From positions 1 through 27,269 of the IMG/VR virus record IMGVR_UViG_3300036793_000081: DNA of 27,269 bases. One strand, written 5' to 3'. Shown here in pieces: positions 7,659 through 15,700 of the stretch. How positions within the stretch are numbered: the first letter of the stretch is position 1; every line of letters begins with the position of its first letter. Under the pieces are notes generated by a model that was not told the origin of the DNA, searched no databases, and worked only from the letters and a program-made list of their open reading frames with translations. Source of the stretch: a virus. Lineage: Duplodnaviria > Caudoviricetes. Made by a program: the position numbers and the translations under genes.

Positions 7659-8072
7659 ATGGCCATGCTTGACAACAGTGACGAACGGGTCCAGGCCGCG
7701 TATCGCGAGCTTAGTGCGACGTTGGGCCGGTTTGTCGCCAGCTTCGCCAAGTTCGATCAGTCACTGATCGATCAGGTGAAGTATGTGGTCAAGGAGCACG
7801 CCACCAAGTTCAAGGTCGAGCACGGGTACGAGTTCCCGCCGTTGGGTCTGTTTGTGTTGCCGACCGCGCGGTTTATCATCTGTGCCCGGCGCGATCTCGA
7901 TGACAAAGAAATCCACAATCACTTGCTTGTGTGGTTGCGTCAGTTTGCGTCAAAAGGTATTCATCCTTCAGCGATGGAGGTGGCGGTTGCGGTACGGCAG
8001 TGTTGGCCGCACTATCGACCGCCCATCGAGGCGTATCGCAGGGACACTCGGAAGAAGCTGATCCTGCATTGA
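7659..8072 (+). CDS. Hypothetical protein (137 aa) directly following the array
   Basis: ATG follows the terminal repeat GAGTGAC-TA; globular-looking sequence, no recognised family. Confidence 0.7.
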   Translation: MAMLDNSDERVQAAYRELSATLGRFVASFAKFDQSLIDQVKYVVKEHATKFKVEHGYEFPPLGLFVLPTARFIICARRDLDDKEIHNHLLVWLRQFASKGIHPSAMEVAVAVRQCWPHYRPPIEAYRRDTRKKLILH

Positions 8073-8098
8073 CCGACGAGCCGGTAATGGAGGTGGCT

Positions 8099-8254
8099 AT
8101 GGTACAGCTAATTTTGCTTGTCCTGGCGTTCGTCCTGGCACTGGTGGAAGCCTTCACCCCGTATTGGTGGACCGCCCCAACCCGACCGCATCTCGGCTGG
8201 CTCGCGTTGGCGTTTTACTTCCTGTCGATTGTGCTGAGCCAGGGTCATATCTGA
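8099..8254 (+). CDS. Small two-helix membrane protein (51 aa)
   Basis: GGAGGT RBS; MVQLILLVLAFVLALVEAF...PHLGWLALAFYFLSIVL. Confidence 0.7.
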   Translation: MVQLILLVLAFVLALVEAFTPYWWTAPTRPHLGWLALAFYFLSIVLSQGHI

Positions 8255-9075
8255 TGCCGCATTATCACATCAAGGTGAGCGATGCCGCACGCGGCGGTTT
8301 TGCCCCGTCCACGCTGCCCAAGGTCACCCCACCCAAGGCCGCGCCAGCCAAACCTCCCAAAGCGCCCACCGCCAAGCCGCCCACGCTGCCAAAGCCCGGC
8401 GGCAGCGCAGGCGGCGGCAAACCGCTTGGAGCGGCCACGCATGTCGCGAGCGGGCTGGGTGAGGCGGCGTGGCGCGGCGCGGGGTTGGCGCGAGCCGGTG
8501 AGCGCGGCATCAACCGGTTGTCGGCGTTTGGCGAAGAGTTTAACCGCGACGATTCCGGGAGGGATGAGATGGGGCACTACCACTTTAACATCCCGAGTCG
8601 CGGTTCCCGGATGAGCCAGGATTATGGTACCTCCGAAGGCGCGCGGAAACGGGGACAAGGTGTCACGCGAGCCGAAGTGGAACAACGTAACTCGATGGGT
8701 AGTCACGCCAACCAAGCCGCCTACCACAAGAAACAGGCGGCGGCGCACAGTCAGGCTGGGCGTAACACCGCATCGCGGGCGCATAACACGGCGTACCAAG
8801 CGCATAGTCAGGCGTGGCGTAACCCGTCACCGGGGAACTCGGCGCATGCCTGGGGCGCGACCCGTAACACCAAGCAGTTTGGTGACTCCGGTACCAGCGA
8901 AGGTGCCAGGAAAGCGGCAGCGACCCGTTCCGGTCGTGGTCACGCGGTGACCGGTGGCGCGGCTACCGGCAAGTTCAAGCCGTATGGTGTCGATATCAAG
9001 GCCGGTTCCAACACGCGGCAGGCACCAAAGCCAGACCCGGAACCGTTCCGGGGTTACGATAGCCGCAGGAAGTGA
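8254..9075 (+). CDS. Basic low-complexity hypothetical protein (D.GTSEGARK repeats)
   Basis: TGATG coupling with the upstream gene; Pro/Lys/Ala-rich; two GTSEGARK motifs. Confidence 0.7.
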   Translation: MPHYHIKVSDAARGGFAPSTLPKVTPPKAAPAKPPKAPTAKPPTLPKPGGSAGGGKPLGAATHVASGLGEAAWRGAGLARAGERGINRLSAFGEEFNRDDSGRDEMGHYHFNIPSRGSRMSQDYGTSEGARKRGQGVTRAEVEQRNSMGSHANQAAYHKKQAAAHSQAGRNTASRAHNTAYQAHSQAWRNPSPGNSAHAWGATRNTKQFGDSGTSEGARKAAATRSGRGHAVTGGAATGKFKPYGVDIKAGSNTRQAPKPDPEPFRGYDSRRK

Positions 9076-9078
9076 CCG

Positions 9079-10791
9079 ATGGCGACACACGTACACTTCC
9101 ACGACTTTTTGCAAAGTGACAGAAAGCCGTTTAACGAGGCAAACGTTAAACGCAGTCACGGCAAGTTCTCGCGGACACGCGGACCCGGTGCCGAGAACCC
9201 GGGACTCAAGGAGCGCAAGCCGCCGGGTACCGCCAAGGCAGGCGTACACGCGCGGCCAAAACAACAACCGCAACCGGCGTCACGGTTACAGACTATTCGC
9301 CAGGGTGCCGCTGCCAAGGTGGCGCAGGCATTGCAGAAGGCAAAGCAGCAAGCCGAGGGACTCGGCAGTGAAGCTTTTGCGGTACCGCATGACCTGAAGA
9401 CACTGACCGAGGGTTTTGACAAGTCGAGTAGCGAACCCCGGCGCAAGATCGGTACTCAGGCGGCAAAGAATGTCGGTCGGTACCTGAAGGAGATGAGTAC
9501 AGAGCTTGGCGAGACGATCTACCACGCGGGTAAGGGACTGACACGGATACCGCAGGGTATACCGATGCTCGATAAGGAACAAGAGGCGTGGAAGTCACTG
9601 GGCCGCAAGTTTGTGATATCGACACTGATGCGGTCAATGGATGTCGCGGTTCCCGGTTCCGGTCTACTGGCGGAAGCCGCCGGTCACGCGGTTGGTCACG
9701 TGGTCGGACATGTGGCGCAGCATGTCGGCGAACATGCGGTGGATCACGCGACGCAACATGTCATCGAGCAAATTGCGGAACATGTGACCGAACACGCGGC
9801 AGACGAGCATTTGATGAAGTTGGGTGGTACTGGTACCCGTTTGGCGCACCGGTCGATCCTGGGTAGCGGCGCGTTGTTTGGCAGACAGCGGCGGTTGCAG
9901 CAACAGCGACAGATGTCGCGGCACGATCACGCGTACCGCGATGCCGATCCGAGCCAAGAAGAGATTATGAAGGCTTGTGCCGATTGGTTGCATACCGTGG
10001 CCGAGAGTATTATCACCGCGCCGATCCCGATGAAGCAGATACTGGCGACAATGCCCAAGCCCAACGGCAAAGGTGACAAAGCCAGTCCGTTGTTTGGTGG
10101 TTTAGGCGGTAACAACCCGTTTAAGGACGAAGGTACTTCTGAAGGTGCCAGGAAGGGTTGGCTACACCGGCATGGGCCGACCAGGGCAAAGCCGGAACTG
10201 CGCAAGATGACGCGACCGGCGGAACCGCCAAAGCCCGAGACACCAAAGACGCGGGCGACTTTTGAACAGATGCGGGCACGTAAGGATTACGTACCGCCAC
10301 CGATGCCCAAGGCGAAGAGTCCACAGAGGGTACCAAACCAGCCGCACGCACCAAAGCCGCACGAACAGGATATCCTGTCGCGGCGCGCCGCCGCACCAGT
10401 GACTACGGAGAGACGGTCACAGGCCCCCACGCCAACCCTTGTTCAGCCGCTCTATGGTCAGGGTGAACAAAAACGTACTGGAAGTACCCGCAAGAGCACA
10501 CAGACACCATACAAGGAGATTCGCGAGAACGTCAGTATGACGCAGCGTGAGCGCGAGGGTCCGGCGCGGGAACAACAGGCTTCGACGGCAAAGTCACAGA
10601 TTGCCGAACTGAAGGCACTGCACGGACGGCGCACGTCACTGACACCAAAAGAAACCGACCGGATGAACCGGTTGATCAAGGAACACGGTCTTGGCGCGAT
10701 AGCAACACCGACCGCTCAGGGAACAGCGGGTCCACCCAAACGGTTCCTACAACAGAGAGGAGGCAGAAGATGGCTATCAAGGAAGCGGTAA
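9079..10791 (+). CDS. Basic hypothetical protein with His-periodic segment (putative virion/internal protein)
   Basis: 570-aa ORF; N-terminal HVHFHD; HxxxH repeat run; third GTSEGARK motif. Confidence 0.7.
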   Translation: MATHVHFHDFLQSDRKPFNEANVKRSHGKFSRTRGPGAENPGLKERKPPGTAKAGVHARPKQQPQPASRLQTIRQGAAAKVAQALQKAKQQAEGLGSEAFAVPHDLKTLTEGFDKSSSEPRRKIGTQAAKNVGRYLKEMSTELGETIYHAGKGLTRIPQGIPMLDKEQEAWKSLGRKFVISTLMRSMDVAVPGSGLLAEAAGHAVGHVVGHVAQHVGEHAVDHATQHVIEQIAEHVTEHAADEHLMKLGGTGTRLAHRSILGSGALFGRQRRLQQQRQMSRHDHAYRDADPSQEEIMKACADWLHTVAESIITAPIPMKQILATMPKPNGKGDKASPLFGGLGGNNPFKDEGTSEGARKGWLHRHGPTRAKPELRKMTRPAEPPKPETPKTRATFEQMRARKDYVPPPMPKAKSPQRVPNQPHAPKPHEQDILSRRAAAPVTTERRSQAPTPTLVQPLYGQGEQKRTGSTRKSTQTPYKEIRENVSMTQREREGPAREQQASTAKSQIAELKALHGRRTSLTPKETDRMNRLIKEHGLGAIATPTAQGTAGPPKRFLQQRGGRRWLSRKR

Positions 10792-11048
10792 CTGCATGTG
10801 TCCTTGTGCTAGGTCTGGCGGCATGCCAAAAGCCGCCAGAAGCGGTGGCGACGATCCCACCGCCCCCACCACCACCGCCACCGGCCCCGATTATGGCACC
10901 ACCGCCGGTACCGGAAGCGCCGCCGTTGTACCGGCACCACCATCGCGGGCGGTATCACTATTACGCCCGGCGGCATGGTTACTATCACCACAATGTCAAT
11001 CTGCACCGGCATGTGAAACCTCACCATTCCGGTGTACCGAGCCAGTGA
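10770..11048 (+). CDS. Pro/His-rich putative lipoprotein
   Basis: GAGGAGG RBS; signal peptide with lipobox LGLAAC; poly-Pro stretch, then His/Arg-rich tail. Confidence 0.6.
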   Translation: MAIKEAVTACVLVLGLAACQKPPEAVATIPPPPPPPPPAPIMAPPPVPEAPPLYRHHHRGRYHYYARRHGYYHHNVNLHRHVKPHHSGVPSQ

Positions 11049-11051
11049 CCA

Positions 11052-11327
11052 ATGCCGCGCGCGATCTATACGCCGTATGAAGACGCTTTAATCAAGGCGG
11101 CGAGTCTCGATGAATTGCAGGGACTCGCCGAGCGGCTGGGGCGCAGGCGGCAGAATATACTGAACCGGCGTACCCGGTTGCTACGCGGTGACGATTTGCA
11201 GGCGATGTACCGCAAGCCGCCGGAACAGCCAAAGGCTTACAGACGGACACCCGATGTCCTGATCGGGCGTCCGAAGTGGTTTGACGATATCGAGGTGATG
11301 ACAACCCGGTTGAGGTCAGGCCGATGA
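11052..11327 (+). CDS. Hypothetical protein, possible HTH
   Basis: YTPYEDALI...LAERLGRRRQNILNRRTRL resembles Myb/GcrA-like HTH starts; ATGA overlap with the next gene. Confidence 0.55.
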   Translation: MPRAIYTPYEDALIKAASLDELQGLAERLGRRRQNILNRRTRLLRGDDLQAMYRKPPEQPKAYRRTPDVLIGRPKWFDDIEVMTTRLRSGR

Positions 11328-12244
11328 TGAAGAACCCAGCGGCGTTCGCCGATACGATGGCGTCGTTACTCGGTACTACCGAGTTACAGTCACGGATCGA
11401 TTTCCAGAAACAGGTGACCAAGGATTTTGCTGCGAGTACCCTTGATGCACAGACCCGGCGACAACGACAACGCGAGGCTGAGCACTTTGCTCGCGTGCGT
11501 AATGCCTATTACGGGTATGCTGCTAAACTGCGGCGTATTGCGCGCCATGTACAGGACATCATTCGTTCTTATCCTCCTGGCGACCCGGCTGGCGTGGAGG
11601 CGATCAACCGTTATCTCCGCGATTACGCGGGTATTCTTCGGCCTTGGGCGCGGCAGGCGGCGACACTAATGATCGCGGAAGTGTCACGTCGTGACTATAC
11701 CGCGTGGGTACGTCACGCGCGTATGATCAATCAGGAACTCGATAAGGAACTGTTGTGGGGCGGCACCGTCACGGGTGACGAGATGCGCCGGATCATCGAT
11801 GCACAAGTGGAACTGATCACCAGTATCCCGCTCGACGCGGCGGAAAAGGTACAAGATTTGTCACAAGCCTATTGGGTAGCGGGTCAGCGTTACGGCGCGC
11901 TACGCACCAATATCATCGAGAGTGACTATCTGCGGGAATTTAGCCAGATACCGCAACAGGTGTACAACCGTGCCACGCTGATCGCCAGGACCGAGACAGC
12001 CAAGACGAGCGCAGCGGTGACACAATCCCGTGCGCAGTATATCGGGTCCACCCACTATATATGGAAAACGGCAAAAGATGCCGATGTCCGGCCCATGCAC
12101 AAAAGGCTTGAAGGTACCGTACACGCGTGGGACGATCCGCCGGAAGCCGAGGAGAATGGTGACCACCACCACCCCGGCGAGTTCCCAAACTGCCGGTGCT
12201 GGGCGTCACCGATCCTCCCGGCACCAGAGGAGATCGGCGCATGA
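11324..12244 (+). CDS. Head morphogenesis protein (SPP1 gp7 / Mu gpF family)
   Basis: RATLIARTETAK, YIWKTAKDADVRPMH..LEG, HPGEFPNCRC. Confidence 0.9.
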   Translation: MMKNPAAFADTMASLLGTTELQSRIDFQKQVTKDFAASTLDAQTRRQRQREAEHFARVRNAYYGYAAKLRRIARHVQDIIRSYPPGDPAGVEAINRYLRDYAGILRPWARQAATLMIAEVSRRDYTAWVRHARMINQELDKELLWGGTVTGDEMRRIIDAQVELITSIPLDAAEKVQDLSQAYWVAGQRYGALRTNIIESDYLREFSQIPQQVYNRATLIARTETAKTSAAVTQSRAQYIGSTHYIWKTAKDADVRPMHKRLEGTVHAWDDPPEAEENGDHHHPGEFPNCRCWASPILPAPEEIGA

Positions 12245-12423
12245 TTGAACGACAGACCATCGAGGGGCGCGCCGCGACCGTGGCGTATCTTGACCGTGAT
12301 TTTGATCCTGCAAGCAAGGACAATTGGTCACTCGCCAAAATCATCTTCGACGATGGAGAAATCGTCTTCGTCCGTAACGCCGAGAACGACCCGGATGATG
12401 ACGACTGGGAAGATGTAGACTAG
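12241..12423 (+). CDS. Small acidic hypothetical protein (60 aa)
   Basis: GAGGAG RBS; ATGA overlap with the MuF stop; MIERQTIEGRAATVAY...IIFDDG. Confidence 0.65.
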   Translation: MIERQTIEGRAATVAYLDRDFDPASKDNWSLAKIIFDDGEIVFVRNAENDPDDDDWEDVD

Positions 12424-12540
12424 AGACAGCCGGTGACTGAGGTTGCCGGTAGGTGTGTGGGAGTGCCCGCCTAATTGAGCACACACTGGCAGCGCGGTAG
12501 TGGGCCGGTGGCTGCCTCGCTTTTATAGGGAGAGGATACA

Positions 12541-12765
12541 ATGAAAGCAGAGTGTGAGGAGTTCCGGCGCAGGATCAAGACCCTCGCCGATGATATACTT
12601 CTTCTGCGGCGTGGTGGTTCTGACAGTGTGCCTGAAGCGATTGCCAATGTCACCTTGGCGTACCGACACCTCGAAGACGCATCGATGCGGCTGGGCAAGG
12701 CGATCCAGGCAATTGACGGCGGTGTCAGTGTCTATGACCGGGATCAGGTGCCGAAATCGGAGTAG
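12541..12765 (+). CDS. Small helical hypothetical protein (74 aa)
   Basis: GAGAGGA RBS; two predicted helices; LAYRHLEDASMRLGKAI. Confidence 0.7.
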   Translation: MKAECEEFRRRIKTLADDILLLRRGGSDSVPEAIANVTLAYRHLEDASMRLGKAIQAIDGGVSVYDRDQVPKSE

Positions 12766-12771
12766 TGACAC

Positions 12772-15700
12772 ATGAGTGTCTTTCTGCATCTGCGTGACGG
12801 TGTCTACAAGGTCAGGGATCAAGGCGGTATCCCGGTGCCGCTCGATCCCGATTTGTTGTTCCTCGCCGAGAACGCCAAGCAGCAAAACATTATCCAGGAA
12901 CTCTACCGGGTGCAGATGGAGCGTAACCGCTCGCGTCACATGTTTGGTGACTGGGAAGAATCGGATCACCCGCGTGGTCAGCCGGGTAATGCTGGTCAGT
13001 TTGTCGAGGGAGGCAGTAGTGGCGGAAAAGGAACCGAACGACCAGACCGAGAAGAAACCTACGCCAGAGGAGCGGGGGGAAGCGGAGTTCGAAGCCCAGA
13101 ACAGGCACAGAGGAGCGCAGCGCAGGCCGCGTCCGGTAGACCCAAGCTAGAAGGTCTGCCCGATGAGCCGATAAAGCTGGGTGACGGTTACTATGTGTTC
13201 GGCCCATCGGGCAAGATACACGACACTGCCGATAGTTACATGAAGAAGGCGGGGCTTACCTACAACCCGCCGCATCGTTACGTGCATGTTGACGCTGACA
13301 ATGCTACGGATGTTGCCGAAGCGTTTGCGCAGATGAAGCACGATCCCGACGACCCAAAGGTCAAGGCGGCGTATGATGCGCTGGTCAAAGAGACACTGGC
13401 GCAGTGGCAGGAAGTGAAGAAGACCGGGCTTAAGGTACAGTGGATCAAGGAGGGTGACCAAGACCCCTATGTTGAGTCACTGAACTTTATCCATGCGGAC
13501 AACCGCGACAATGATCACTTGTGGGAGTTCCCGACCGACCTGGGTTACGGTACCGAAGACCCGACCGCACGGAACAACAACCCGATGTTACAACCGACTG
13601 ATGAAGTGGTTGACGGTCACAAGTGTTTGGTGAATGACATTTTCCGCATCGTGCACGATTATTTTGGTCACTTTAAGGATGGTGTCAGCTTTACCGATGA
13701 CGGCGAGGAGAACGCGTGGCGGTCGCACGCCTCGATGTACAGCCCGCTCGCGCGCGGCGCGCTGACGACTGAAACTCGCGGACAGGCGGCGTGGGTCAAT
13801 CATGGGCCGCATGGTGAGGCTAACCGAACAGCGAGTGTTGCTGACATTGTCTACGCGCCGCAGAAGATTGGATTGATGCCATCGTGGACGTGGGACGAAG
13901 ACCAGTGGCGTGACGCCGAGTTTAAGGAAGACGAACACCCGCGTGACGAAGACGGGAAGTTCACTGCCGGGCACCGCGCGGGCAGCAAACGGCAGCAAGA
14001 GGTACCGTCTGTCATAGAGTCACCGGCAGCGGAGCCGCCGAAAGAGGCACGGGAGGCATCGTATGAGCGGCCAAGGAACTTACCAAAGTCACTAATTACT
14101 GCATTGGATGACCAGAATTACAAATTTGAGAGAACCAATAATCCTGATGACGATTCGGCGCGCCACGTATTTACGGAGTGGGGAACCGGGAGCACGATTG
14201 AATACGGTCTACAGGATTGGGGTGCCGGGCATCATTGGGAACACAGGGATGCCAAAAGCGGGCGGCGTTATATGGGTTATGGTAACCTCGCTCTGATCGG
14301 TCATCTGAGAAGATACGCAAAGGGGGAAGTGTTTGATTCCAAGTTTGCCAAAGAGTTTGGTGACAAGCTGTTTGAGTCACAATCCGGGTTCAGGCCGTTT
14401 CTCGAATCAGACAACGCGGTGGCGTTCACCAACGGGTTTGGTGACCAAATTTATCTCTACAAGGATGAGGACAAAGCCGCGCTCGACACTGCTAATTGGA
14501 AGATATACATCGATCATGGTGATGGCACTGGCAAGAACCAGTACAACGAGGGTCACGGCTGGGACGACCTGAAAAGTAACCTTAGTATGCTGGAGGATGC
14601 CCATCTGGAGGATAAGCAAAAACGCGAAACCGCCAATAAACGCTACGTCGATCTCGGTCACGATATGATGAAGAGTCTGGGTTACGATCCCAGTTATCTC
14701 ACAGTCACTCACGAAGAACACCCGTTTACGCTCAACGGTGTCAAAAGGTATGCCGCCGGTACCGCTCAAACTACGAACGGTAGGATAGCTCTCTACGCCA
14801 AACAGTTGGAGGGACTCAGTGACCATGTCATACGTGGTATTGTCGCGCATGAGGTGACACACCAAAAATTCCAGCGGGCACTTGACGTGTGGCACAAAGA
14901 GCGTGACAAGCCAGCCGACCAGCGGGATTACGGGTCGGCTGCCAAGCTGGCAGAGCTACTCGATTTTAGCGGTGACGGGTTTGACCGGTACAGCAAGACT
15001 GACGGTGTTACTCAGTATAGCCGGGACCATTGGAGGGCGTACAAAAGCGGTGAGGAGAATTGGGAACTGGCGTTTCATGAGACACTCGCCGAGATGGCGC
15101 ATTTGGAAGTTACCGATCCGGCAGAACTAAAGGCGGTGGCGAAGCCGTGGCGTGATTTGTACAAAGAAGTTTTGTCACTTTATCGCACGCAACCGGCTCT
15201 GCGTAGCGCGACATCGCCACCGGCACCACAGCCATCTCGACCGACAGAATCAGATAATCAGAGTGCAGCCGTGCACCCGGCGGTGCACAAACTGGCGCAA
15301 GCTCTGCATGAGGTACTCCATCTCGGTGACAAAGAGTGGAATAAGGCAGATCACCCACAGGCACCCGAAGGCGCGCCCGAAGGTAAGGGTGGGCAGTTTG
15401 TGTCTAAGGGCGAAGGTGGCGGTGGTACAACAACCACGCCAAAGGAAGAGAAACAGAGAGTAGGAGTGTTACCGCAGATCAAGGCTCCAGTGACCAAGGC
15501 TGCGTTACCCGATAGTGCGAAAGACAGTCACCCGGCAATGATCTCCAGCCGTGTGCCTACGACAAAGGGCGCGACGGACGACCGTTACCGCCGCGCCGAT
15601 CTCGCGGCGATGAAGGAGAATGACCAAGCCTTTGATCACAATACGTCACTGTTTGACGACGAGGAACACTACCCAAACTTCCAGCCCGGCGAACTCGATT

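Noticed and set aside
6092-7750. ORFs spanning the repeats (e.g. 6186-6674 -, 6323-6520 +, 7033-7539 -, 7336-7572 +) as 12-aa repeat proteins
   Set aside because: Unit length varies 35-38 nt, breaking frame. There are no good RBSs, and the periodic SEP/CLS peptides are by-products of the DNA repeat.
6549-8072. Calling any array-linked ORF a Tas (Nop-domain) protein
   Set aside because: They are 66-137 aa, and I cannot recognise Nop, RuvC or HNH motifs.
10770-11048. Spanin (o-spanin) call for the Pro-rich lipoprotein
   Set aside because: No adjacent i-spanin, holin or endolysin is recognisable; left as a generic lipoprotein.
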